Assembly: GCA_016748015.1 (NCBI GenBank) | Contig: JAAOMT010000061.1 | Location: 268,433 to 332,432 of the forward strand | Length of the DNA: 64,000 bases | Direction of reading: 5' to 3' | From: Geosiphon pyriformis uo1 | Taxonomy: Eukaryota; Fungi; Glomeromycota | Part shown: positions 27,906 to 40,129 of the stretch, piece after piece | Layout: each line of letters begins with the position of its first letter | Position numbering within the stretch: position 1 is the first letter of the stretch | Position numbers and translations under genes: made by a program | Notes under the pieces: model-generated | What the model saw: only the letters and a program-made list of their open reading frames with translations | Databases searched by the model: none | What the model was told of the DNA's origin: nothing

Positions 27906-28903
27906 AAATTTATTAAACCAATTTTATCTGGTTAAAAATCATAATTAATAAAATTAAAATAAATTTTCAAAAATATAACTTTTTTCATTTTAAATTACTT
28001 TGTTTAAAATTAATTTAACATTTTATTTTATTTTTTAAATTGAAATTAGTTTATTGTTTTTAAAACAAAATATAATATTATTATAAAATACATTAAAGTT
28101 AATTAATTTTAGAAACAGCTTAATATTAAAAAATTATTATTATTATTATTATTATTATTATTTATTTATTTACTTTGAAAATAAATTTTATTACAAAGCT
28201 TTAAAAAAAAAAGAATAAAAATTTTGTTATTATTTGCAAATCTTTAATTATTTTTAAAAAACAATTATTTATTTATTTAAATCTTTTTATTATTTCTTTT
28301 AGTTACACTATTATTCATTTTAATTATATATTATTAATACTTTAAATTACATTATTCTTATTTTTTATAAATTTTTTATAAAATAAAATTTCAGTGTTAT
28401 TAAATAGATAAAGAATTTATAATTGTAATTATCAGCTCTCATTAAATATAAATCTATTGATAACTTTATTATCGGATGTGACATTATATATATTTTTAAT
28501 TGCTATAATCAAGAAAAAGTCATAGCACAATTTAACTAATTTATTTTAAAAATTATGAAAAATGTAAAATATACCAAACTTGCTCATGAGAATCCCCAAA
28601 TTTTCAGGGAGGAACACACGCTGTTTTATTCAATTTGGGAAAGACCTGTATGCGAATGAAAAAATCATCACAAAGATGTACATAATGGGCAAAAAAAAAA
28701 TTTGGCGGTGCAGGTTATTTTGACCAAATTAACTACTTTGTAACACCAAAAAAGTCCCTTGAAACTATTTCCCGACTAGCCGTGATAAGAAAGCAATCTA
28801 AAAACAATTCCTGCATCCTTCAGAGAGTTGGGGTTTTTGCTTTAAACAATGTAAACTCAAGTTACACAAATTCCCTAAAATTTTAACCCCTAAATGATTA
28901 CAA

Positions 28904-29002
28904 GATCGGTGATATACTATATATAAATATATGAATCGGGTGGCTGGTCACATGTAGCAAGAGTTGCAGCTGGGCCACACTCGTTATCGCATAATAAAAA
29001 AA
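28904..29002 (+). mobile_element. Short, little-mutated LINE 3'-terminal fragment
   Basis: GTGGCTGGTCACATGTAG and GCTGGGCCACACTCGTTA plus an A-tail match the LINE 3' UTR motifs (reverse complement of 26740-26835; 14040-14060 with 15000-15035). Confidence 0.65.
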
Positions 29003-29380
29003 TAATATATAAATATATATTTAAAGTTTATTTTTCTAGAGAATCCTATTAATAGAAAAAAAATAATATGGATATAATGAATTCATTGTTAAATACGCAA
29101 AAAATGATGAGCCAATAAAAACCGTTGGATTAGGGATGAATTTTAATTTAAAAAACTTTTTTGAATCAAATATTTTTAGTGGTTATGACATATCCACAAT
29201 ATGACAAAAAGAATCGTGTTAAACAATAAAGAGATCTTCATTTTTTGGAAAGCTCAGGTTTCACATTGATGACCTGATTGAAAAACTCGAATCGAATTGA
29301 TCAACCTCCCTGAAAAACCATATCCTCTCTTTCAAAGATAGATTGGTAGTAATATTTATTAATTCAAATCTTTGCAAGTA

Positions 29381-29473
29381 TAATAGAATAGAATAGAATA
29401 GAATAGAATAAAATAGAATAGAATAGAATAGAATAGGATAGAATAGAATAGAATAGAATAAAATAGAATAGAA
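29381..29473. repeat. (AATAG)n microsatellite
   Basis: About 18 near-perfect pentamer copies. Confidence 0.95.
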
Positions 29474-30563
29474 TCATCAGTATGATTGTTAAACTTAATT
29501 TTCTTCAATTCTGTTCTGAGTTTCATAGCAGGAAAGGATTCGTTATTGTCGATGATCGGTCCTAAATTTAGCCATTCGATTAATCAATTTAGTGATTGAT
29601 GTCAGTAAGTCCGATTGTCAAGTTCTATTTGAATTTCTCCGAACCAATTTGAATTGAAAAAACTGTTTTCTCCAAGAAAATTCTTTAGTAATCAAACGTC
29701 CCTATTTAGATAAAAAAAATAGAGTGTTACATTCTTTTTTTATGTCAAGTGGCTGGTTGGATCACCTATCCTATGAAGATGAAAGTTAAAATCCTTTGTC
29801 ACCTATTAAAAGATATTGAGGGTACCGTAACTCTTTTATTTGCGCTGTCCAATTTAAAAGGTTAGACCATTATTATGTCTGTTTTCCGATTTTTCAGCCA
29901 TTCAATACAAGTAAAAAATCAAATATTATTTCAATCGACCCGAAGTAGGAAAGATAAATATCCATATATATATTACAAAAATACAGTACCTATCCAATGA
30001 TTCTTCTATTCGGAAAAAGATAATGATGTAAATGAGATGGCTTCACATCGCAGTTTTTAATTGTATCCTACATTTTGAATCCTCTTGGGCTCTAAATAAA
30101 GTTTAATTGAAATTTACCTGCTTAATTGGTGTCACAATAACGCCAATGGAAACATAAAAAACCACTTTTATCAACACCCTTACTTTGTGTAAAATAGTTC
30201 AACCAAAAAAATAATGATAATGAAAAATTTCATTATTTCAATTAATTTTAGGAAATTTAATTTTTTCTTTTTATATTTTCATTTCTAAAACAGAATTATG
30301 TTGTACTGACTCCTTTGATTAATTTTCCACTCCATTATAAGCTCTGTATTTGTGTACGTTTATATTGTATAACATTTAAATTTAAAGTTTGCGAACCCAA
30401 ATGATAATTGTGTAACAATTAACCAGATTAAAATAGGGGTTATTAACGTTGTGGCGCCAAATCAAATTTCTCTTATATTTAATGGTTGTTTTGGCAGAGA
30501 ATGTTTTTATCTTGAAATAAAATAAAAAAAGTTTCGAGTGAAATAAAATAATTTTGTTAAAAG

Positions 30564-32818
30564 ATGTTTTTTATGTTTCGTGCCCAACGTAATGTGGTAA
30601 GTTTTTAAAGTATAAAAAAAATTCAATTTTTTGTATAATTTCTTTTAAGGAGTATTAATCTTTTTTTTTTTTACTTTTGAAATTGGTTTTTGTTAAATAA
30701 ATTTTTACCCAGTTCCAAGAGCCAAGAACATTTTATATAATACGAGTTATAACAGCGACAATAGTTTCTATGCTATATTTTTCTTACTTGATTTTTCTAG
30801 CATATCAAATATGGAACGATAGACCAGTGCTTCAACTTGCACGAGAACATGTTCGTCTCGTTAAAGCGCCAGGTATGAAAAACTTGAAGTTTTTTAAAAA
30901 AATTTCAATTTAAAAATATTTACTTAAAATCTTGATCTAAATATAATAGATTAACGAGAGGTATAATTCATTTTATAATTATAGATATTGAAATGTGTGG
31001 TTATGGTACCGACATAGAAATCGTACGATGTGACTTTACCTGGAAAAACTGGAGTAGCGTACAATACGATGACTGTGCTCGTCCAGATGGAACAACATGG
31101 CTTACAGCTGGTCCAAGGATAAACGATCACGATTTCTGTTACTTGTTTAGCGGAAGTGACAAATTATTCTATGGCGACAAGGATCAAAAAGGAGATTATT
31201 TGCAACGATTAGGATTTTATTTCCAGTTCAAGAATATAACAGCATCTAATAATTTAGTTGTCGCTGTTCCTATTGTGGCAGTAAGTAAATTTCTTTCGCA
31301 TTAGTTCGGGTTTTTGGATATTAAACGAGATGTAAAGTTTATACCTTTTAAATCTTAATATAGGCACAATTATTAGATCCTGATTTTAATCCACTTTGGA
31401 ATAAGACTAAAACGAATACTAGAGAGGTACGAATCTATAAAGTTTTTTAGTTTTATACGTTTTTTATCAAAAAAATTTGAGCTTTAAACTTTCATATATA
31501 TTCTAGAGGGTAGCTGCCGATACCGATTTCAGATTACAAGGAAATAATTTTGGTGGAGTTTTTAACCAGAGCACTCTTGTAAGTGAAATTAGTTTGAAAA
31601 TTTTCGGTTTGTCTATTTTCTTTCTCCTAAATTACTTTTTATTTCTATAGGTAAAAATGTTTGTCTCAAAATTACAAGAAATAAAACCACATGACTTTAG
31701 TAGTGTTTTAGGCTTAACACCCTCCTATATCAATACAACAATAATATCCCAAGCTGCCACCTATTATCCATTACATGAGAGTGAAAAATTTGGTCCTAAC
31801 CGCAATTATAGTGGATATTTTCAAGTGGAGATGGGGAGTTTTACAATTGAAGTGCAGACTCAGAAACGGTGAGTTTATGAAGAATTTTTTGCATCTTATA
31901 TGTGATGATTAATTTTAGCTAGATTAAAATTATAAATAAGTCAAGTCTTTTACTAATGCTCTTAATCTCAAATAGAGTAAGGACAATACTTGGAGCTCTT
32001 GGTGTTGCTGGTGGTGCTTTCGGTAAGTATAAATTCATATTGGGCTAGAAGTTGATTGCAACGATATTTTAGAAATCTATTTCACACAATCAATTTCAAA
32101 ACCAGGTATAATTTGCACAATATATTTTGTTCTATATGGCGATCGAAAAACACAACCTTGGTAATCTTCTTTCCCTATATAAATTTCGAGATATCACTTA
32201 TTATTTCCGTTTATTGACACTAACAAATATATTAATTATCTCAGGGGTCTAATGCATCGTATGGTGAAATCCGAAGTACGCCGTTTTGCACAAATGCCTA
32301 ATGTACCCTTGATATCCCCCCTTCACGAAAAGGCAAGTGAAGAACTAACACAAGAAGAACGAGTAGCGCGCATCGAAGACCGTTTTCAAGAATTAGAAGG
32401 CTTTTTATCGGATTACTTTATTGATACGGGACCGTTAAGACGTTTTAAGGATCAAGCAAAGGATGATCCAGAGTTAGCGCGGCGCNNNNNNNNNNNNNNN
32501 NNNNNGAGATATCACTTATTATTTCCGTTTATTGACACTAACAAATATATTAATTATCTCAGGGGTCTAATGCATCGTATGGTGAAATCCGAAGTACGCC
32601 GTTTTGCACAAATGCCTAATGTACCCTTGATATCCCCCCTTCACGAAAAGGCAAGTGAAGAACTAACACAAGAAGAACGAGTAGCGCGCATCGAAGACCG
32701 TTTTCAAGAATTAGAAGGCTTTTTATCGGATTACTTTATTGATACGGGACCGTTAAGACGTTTTAAGGATCAAGCAAAGGATGATCCAGAGTTAGCGCGG
32801 CGCTCTCCGTCTTATTAA
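30564..32818 (+). CDS. Two-TM membrane protein, paralog A (399 aa), PAC/DEG-ENaC-like topology
   Basis: Nine GT-AG exons: 30564-30596, 30713-30872, 30985-31280, 31364-31426, 31507-31578, 31651-31868, 31976-32022, 32106-32160, and 32245-32485 plus 32804-32818 (after collapsing the gap duplication). Total 1200 nt, open frame. TM1 VITATIVSMLYFSYLIFLAYQIW; TM2 ILGALGVAGGAFGIICTIYFVLYG; PWG motif; C-terminal coiled coil. Confidence 0.88.
32188..32803. other. Scaffold gap (20 N, 32486-32505) flanked by an apparently identical 298-bp duplication
   Basis: 32188-32485 equals 32506-32803 by eye; typical of an unmerged contig overlap. Confidence 0.9.
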
Positions 32819-33739
32819 TGATAATTTGTATAGTATGGGAAAAGGTATGAAGACGAGTATTCTTAGATTGTAAAGCTTGGGAGGCATTTCGGGAGGCGAA
32901 TGGATTGAGAACTTTTCTATTAATTTTGTGAATTTTCAAAAAAAACTCCCATTTCGAAACCTGCAGTGACTTACATTTCACTGTTATTTGTAATTTAATC
33001 AATTCTCAGCATTTCATTGTATGAATGAGAAAACTTCCAATGTGATGAAGTCGAGTTCGTTTAATTAATGTAGGCATTACTGTTCATATAGATGACTCGG
33101 GTTCTATACAATTACCAAAAATATTGTAAAATCTCAAATCATAAACTTCATGTGTTTAAACAAAAAAAAATTTTTAGGCCAAAAGCGTGCAAATAATTAT
33201 CGATATGCAATTTATCCCAAAAAAAGATATTGAGATTATCATTAAGTCCATAATTGACCTGATGTTTCCCCAGATTAAATAATTTATTTATGCAAAATTT
33301 ATATTGTATTTCAAATTTAAAAAATACTTTCGAAAAAGAATATAATTAAATAAATCATTAATTTCACAAAACCTTAATTAGAAACACAATATTAATTGAT
33401 TATCAAATTATTAATTTCACAATTTACTAATCATGACAATTGTGGATAGTTACAACTATTTTGAAAATTCAAATATTAAACCCATATTATTTTAAGTCTT
33501 TCAAAAAAATAGATTTTATTAGGAATTAGAACAAAGGTATTAAGAGTTATAAGATGGGAATTTTTTCTCAAATGTATATCAATCATAAAGGTGAATTAAC
33601 TTAAAAGAGATCATTTGTTTTTGTTCGGATCACTTTGACTCTTTGTATATTTAAGGTTAGATTTAAAATATATTAATATAAAATGACGTCATCTTTTTGT
33701 CATCTTAATATTCTTTGAATTATTCTAGATATCTGCTAA

Positions 33740-34140
33740 ACTCATTTATTATCCGACTGTTCTAGAGAATGAGTACCAAGGTACCTCTCACAGTTCTAAA
33801 TCAGTCTAGCATATTATGAATTAAAAATAGAGGTAGATAATTTAGAATGAACAAAAATCTTTTTTAAGTCGTTTACGACTATGAAATTGCGAATTCAAAC
33901 GCTATTTATAATCTCAGACTAAAAAACTCCATAAAAGCTTAAAATATGTTTTAAAATTATCATTTGCTTTATTTATGAATTTGAAAGTGAATATATTAAG
34001 ATTTTTAAAAGCCTTAAACCGTTGTTTCAACGTACAATTTGCATTTATATGCGAAGAAATAAGCAAAGATGGTTTTTATCCCTCGTTGCCCATCGAAATG
34101 TTGTAAGTTTTTAAAAATTAAGAAACCTATTTATAGATAT
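33740..34140 (+). pseudogene. Duplicated promoter plus orphan frameshifted exon 1 of the two-TM gene family
   Basis: 33752-34120 is homologous to 34164-34530. AAATAAGCAAAG-ATG GTT TTT ATC CCT CGT TGC...GTAAG at 34069 has 34 nt rather than 33, and no exon 2 follows. Confidence 0.65.
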
Positions 34141-34480
34141 TTGCTCTTTTAATCCATCTAATTATTCGACCATTCTAGGGAATGAGCACCAGGACACTTA
34201 CCCTCGCAGTTCTAAACCAGTCTGGTATTTTATGAATTAAAAATAGAAACTAATTTAGGACAAACAAAGTAATTTCATAGACGAAATTTTACTAAAAATT
34301 ACATAGTAGGTTAAATATGTTCAAAAGATATCGTTATCTTGGGGCTATAAATTTGAAGAGGAATGTATCAAGTGTTTTAAAAGCCTTGAACCGTTGTTTC
34401 AACATACGAATTGATATATTTTTGAGTTAAACTTATACTCCGAGAAAATATTGAAAAATCAAGTAAAGAAATAAGCAAAG

Positions 34481-35207
34481 ATGATTTATATCCCTCGTGC
34501 CCAACGGAAGGTTGTAAGTTTTTAAAAGTAAAAATCTTTCAATTACTTGTAGAATTTCTTTCAAGGAATGTTAATCATTTTTTTATTTTTTTGAAATTGG
34601 TTTTTATTATTAAATAAATTTTACCCAGTTCCAAGAGCATAGATTATTTTACATAACACGAATTATAATAGCAACGGTAGTTTCTATGATATATATCTCT
34701 TACTTGATTTTTCTAGCATATCAAATATGGAACGATAGACCAGTGCTTCAACTTGCACGAGAACATGTTCGTCTCGTTAAAGCGCCAGGTATGAAAAACT
34801 TGAAGTTTTTTAAAAAAATTTCAATTTAAAAATATTTACTTAAAATCTTGATCTAAATATAATAGATTAACGAGAGGTATAATTCATTTTATAATTATAG
34901 ATATTGAAATGTGTGGTTATGGTACCGACATAGAAATCGTACGAGATGTGTATAAGAGACAGTGATGAGATTGAATCCACGAGATTCTATACAGATTCAT
35001 AATGTACCCTTGATATCCCCCCTTCACGAAAAGGCAAGTGAAGAACTAACACAAGAAGAACGAGTAGCGCGCATCGAAGACCGTTTTCAAGAATTAGAAG
35101 GCTTTTTATCGGATTACTTTATTGATACGGGACCGTTAAGACGTTTTAAGGATCAAGCAAAGGATGATCCAGAGTTAGCGCGGCGCCCTTCGTCTTATTA
35201 CGGATAG
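34481..35207 (+). CDS. Two-TM protein paralog B, incompletely assembled (exons 1, 2, start of 3, then last exon)
   Basis: Exons 34481-34513, 34629-34788 and 34901-34943, then an adapter, then last-exon sequence 34963-35207. It has its own N-terminus (MIYIPRAQRKVFQEHRLFYITRII) and C-terminus (RRPSSYYG). Confidence 0.65.
34944..34962 (+). other. Tn5 mosaic end / Nextera adapter sequence (library artefact)
   Basis: Exact 19-mer AGATGTGTATAAGAGACAG sitting at the exon 3 to last-exon jump. Confidence 0.95.
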
Positions 35208-36424
35208 TTTGTATAGTATGGGAAATGGTATGAAGACGAGTATTCTTAGATTGTAAAGCTTGGGAGGCATTTCGGGAGGCGAATGGATTGAGAACTTTTC
35301 TATTAATTTTTGAATTTTCAAAAAAAATGTTAATTAATGTAGGCAGTACTGTTCAAAATCATAGACTTCATGTGTTTAAGATCGTCATTAAGTCCATTGT
35401 TAGGCTGATGCTTTCCCAGCCACATATTTAAATGTATGCGTTATGCTCTCTTAATTAAAGATGGCACCGCCACAATTAAAAGGTTGTAACTCTTAGTTCC
35501 AACCTAAAAAATTTCAACTGTCAGGAATTAATTTCCAACTTTTGGATGTTTTAAGTTTAAGAACAATATATATTGTATTTCAAATCTAACAAATACTTTC
35601 AAAAATAATATAATTAAATAAATTATTAAATTGCGCATAACTTTAATTAGAAACACAATATTAATTGATTATCAAATTATTAATTTTACTAACAAAAAAC
35701 AATTTACTAATTATGGCAATTCTGAATAGTTACAACTATTTTGAAAATCAAAAATAAAAGCAAAAGATCGGTTCCTTTATTGCCGATCATTCTCCATATT
35801 ATTTTCAGAAGGTACTAAGAGTTATAAAGTGGTTTTTTTTTCAAATGTATATCTTTTTCTATTTTTATATTATTGTTAGATTTATCAATCATAAAGGTGC
35901 ATTGACTAATCAAAAATCCAAATATTTATTTTCAAAAAAGAGTAAAAATGAGTGCACTCGAAAAAAAGAGACTATTTTGTATTATTCGGTGAATATGTTT
36001 TCACTTTGACTCTTTGTATAGATTTAAAATGTTGATATAAACCAACAGTCATCGTTTTTTTTTATTTTATGCTATTTCAATATTCTTTAACTGATTCAAA
36101 TATTTTTATTTAGCAGAAAACCTACTAATAGATATTTACCAAACTACTTTAATCTCTATGGATTGCACAAATGTTATTATTCGTCTATTCTAGGGAATGG
36201 GCGTTTCTGAGGGTAAGTAATTTATGACAAACAAAGGAAATCTTTTACGATTATCAAAAATTTCGAATTCACACGCCCCCCCCTTCGTAATCTCAGACAA
36301 AATGACATCGTTTTATTGTGGCTATAAACTTGAATGGAAATTTTAAACCGTTGTTTCAACGTACAATTTGTCCATATTTTAATCTAAACTTAATTTTAAA
36401 AATCAAGTGAAGAAATAAGCAAAG

Positions 36425-38329
36425 ATGGCTTTAATCCCTCGCGGTCACCGAAATCTTGTGAGTTTTAAAAATTAAAAATCCTTCAATTACTTGTATAATT
36501 TCTTTTAAGGAGTATTTTTTTACTTTTGAAATTGGTTTTTTTTAAATAAATTTTATCCAGTTCCAAGAGCCAAAAAAATTTTATATAACACGAGTTGTAA
36601 CAGCAGTGGTAGTTTCTATGCTATATTTCTCTTACTTGATTTTTCTAGCATATCAAATATGGAATGATAGACCAGTGCTTCAATTTGCACGAGAACATGT
36701 TCGTCTCGTTAAAGCGCCAGGTATGAAAAACTTGAAGTTTTTTAAAAAAATTTCAATTTGAAAATATTTACTTAAAATCTTAATCTAAATATATTAGATT
36801 AACGAGAGGTATAATTCATTTTATAATTATAGATATTGAAATGTGTGGTTATGGTACCGACATAGAAATCGTACGATGTGACTTTACCTGGAAAAACTGG
36901 AGTACCGTACCATTCGATAACTGTGCTCGTCCAGATGGAACAACATGGCTTACAGCTGGTCCAAGGATAAACGATCACGATTTCTGTTACTTGTTTAGCG
37001 GAAGTGACAAATTATTCTATGGCGACAATGATCAAAAAGGAGATTATTTGCAACGATTAGGATTTTATTTCCAGTTTAAGAATATGACAGGATCTGATAT
37101 TTTAACTAATACTATTCCTGTTGTGGCGGTAAGTAAATTCTTGCGTGTTAGTTTCGGGTTTTTGGATGTAAAAACGAGATGTAAAAGTTTATACCTTTTA
37201 AATCTTAATATAGGTACAATTGTTAGATCCTGATTTTAATCCACTTTGGAATAAGACTAAACCGAATACTCAAGAGGTACGAATCTATAAAGTTTTTGAG
37301 TTTCCTAAATTTTTTATCAAGAAATTTTAAGCTTTAAACTTTCATATATTTTCTAGAGGAAAGCTGTCGAGACCGATTTCAGATTACAAAGAAATAATTT
37401 TGGTGGAGTTTTTAACCAGAGCACTATTGTAAGTGAAATTAGTTTGGAAATTTTCGGTTTGTCTATTTTCTTTCTCCTAAATTTACTTTTTATTTCTATA
37501 GGTAAAAATGTTTGTCTCAAAATTACAAGAAATAAAACCACATGACATTAGTAGTGTTTTAGGCTTAACACCCTCCTATATCAATACAACAATAATATCC
37601 CGAGATGCTATCTATTATCCATTACATGAGAGTGAAAAATTTGGTCCTGAACGCAATTCTAGTGGATTTTTTCAAGTGGAGATGGGCAGTTTTACAATTG
37701 AAGTGCAGACTCAGAAACGGTGAGTTTATGACTAATTTTAGCCAGATAAAAATCATGGATAAAATGAAGTCTTTTACTAATGTTCTTAATGTCAAATAGA
37801 GTAAGGACAATCCTTGGAGCCCTTGGTATTGCTGGTGGTGCTTTTGGTATGTATTTCTTTGTATGAGTTTTGAGATTTAAATTAGATTTTACTGATTTTC
37901 TTACAACTAGGTATAATTTTCACCATATACTACATTTTATACGGTGATCGCAAATCAAGACCTTGGTAATGTTTTCCCGAACATGAATGTTTGGATTTGA
38001 TTTTGAAGTTTCCTAGTACTACAAGATATTTTTTTCTAAAATTTCTAATTTTTAACTGCAATAGGGGATTAATGCATCGCATGATGAGATTGAATCCACG
38101 AGATTCTATACAGATTCATAATGTACCCTTGATATCCCCCCTCTACGAAGCCTCAAGCCAAGAGCTAACGCAAGAAGAAAGAATAGCATGTGTTGAAGAC
38201 CGTATAGAAGGATTAGAAGGCTTATTATCGGAGTACTGTTTCGATACAACACAGTTAAAACGGCTTAGTGAGCGAATTAAAGACATTCAGCAGTCTCCAG
38301 CTAGTTTGAAAGATTTAGAGGCCAATTAA
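36425..38329 (+). CDS. Two-TM membrane protein, paralog C (402 aa)
   Basis: Nine exons: 36425-36457, 36561-36720, 36833-37128, 37214-37276, 37357-37428, 37502-37719, 37800-37846, 37911-37965, 38065-38329. Total 1209 nt, open frame, same intron positions as paralog A. Confidence 0.9.
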
Positions 38330-40129
38330 TATGTGGTAACTAACAAGTATTTACTTAAAATATTTAATTTCTATACTCATTTTTATCAGTTTCAAATGAA
38401 CCTAGACTTTAGTTCTCCAGAACCACATCTTTCAAAAAGTTTAACTTTCATACCAAAGAAATCCATTCACCAAGCTTCACTTATTTAAATGTTGCCTTAA
38501 TTGCCAGTCTTTGGTTTTTTTTGAATATTAAAATGTTTATTTTATTAAGGCAAAATAGTAAATATTATTTAGCAATGATCAAAATTGTAATTTGAAAATT
38601 TTTACGTGAATATAACATAGTATTATTAAATGATGGTAAATTTTTTAATAATATAATACCAATATTTTGTAAATTATAAATATCAATATATAATTTTGAA
38701 TATGGCTTTTAATAATAATTAAGAATATTGAAATAGGTTTAATAATATGTTTATTAATATTAATTAATTATTACTGATATTTTAAAAAATCATTTCACAG
38801 TTTTTATTATTTCTTAATAAAATTTTGTTTTTAAAAAAAAATTTTTTACTAGAATTTTTAATAAATGCAAAAAATTATTTCATTAATTTACTGTACTTTT
38901 TTTTATAAAAAAAAACAATTTTAAAGAATTTTTTACATATTTATTTTATAGCTATTGTTGAAAATAAGTTTATTTCAATTGTTTTTCCATTTATAATAAT
39001 AATAATGTTAAAATGATAATATATAAAATAATTTTTTTTTCAAATTATTTATCTAAAAGTAAAAGTTTTTTGCAATAATTCAATTCGGAAGTAAAAAAAA
39101 ATTTTCTGATAAAAACAGACAATTACGCTTTTTAAAATTTTCAAAGAAACATCTATTATCATCGTCGTGTTAAATTTCCTCATTCATCTTCTTAAAGCTA
39201 TTGAGCATGATCTAACTCAATAAAAATTATGTATCATATTTCTTGAAAATCCAATCAAAACATATCTATGAAAGTTTATTAATTTGGATTTCATATTTCA
39301 ATAAAACTTATTTAAATTAGATTAAAATCAAGGGAATATAATTTTTAATTGTTGAACAAATAAATTATATTCTTTAAAATATGTTATAAATATTAGCCCT
39401 CTTTGTAAATTGAATGAAATCATACTTTTTCGGAAATTTCCTTTCAAATTAGCATTGAAAAAATATTTTTATATATTCATTAATTTTCTTCGAGGTTTAA
39501 ATGGGATTCTCGACTAAGAGATTGATTATAAAAATTTATCCATCATAGATTCATTCTCATTTCGTCCCTAGCTTTAACATTTATTCACGATTTAAAGTTG
39601 AAATATCTGATAACAGATCTAATAGACAATCAATTTGATCCAATCTTGATTTCGAATAATTCATATTATTTCCGCAGTCAAAAACTTATGACTCATCAAA
39701 ACATAATCCGATGGGCGGATTTTAAAATTAAGTATATTTAGTTTCTATCTCAAAATCTATTCCCTGTATTTTCATTAACTGCGGTTAATGAAAATGTTAA
39801 ATAAATTGAACGTCGATTTGACAAGGAAACCCAAAAAATTCTTTTGTTTTCTCTTGATAAAATTAGACATATCACGTGATTACTTAAAATTCATCTAATT
39901 TTTAAATGCCCCCCATTCAAGGTAGAAAAGCTGTTACAAAACCCATTTGTCGTGAAGAAATACTAAATGACTATATAACCATAACACAATTGAACCGAAT
40001 GAATAGAAAGGAATTACAAGGTATGATTGCTTTTTCAATATGGAAATAAATTTAAAAGTAAAAAATTTCAGGTTCCAGTTAATGAACTTTCCTTTGAAAG
40101 GAAGCATATATTCATAATTTTTACTACCT

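Noticed and set aside
28580-29350. Protein-coding gene in the GC-richer blocks before the channel cluster
   Set aside because: Only short frames with stops and no recognisable motif; cannot be supported.
34944-34962. Genuine Tn5/IS50 insertion or horizontal transfer
   Set aside because: The sequence is the synthetic mosaic end, single and unpaired, with no transposase and no target duplication.
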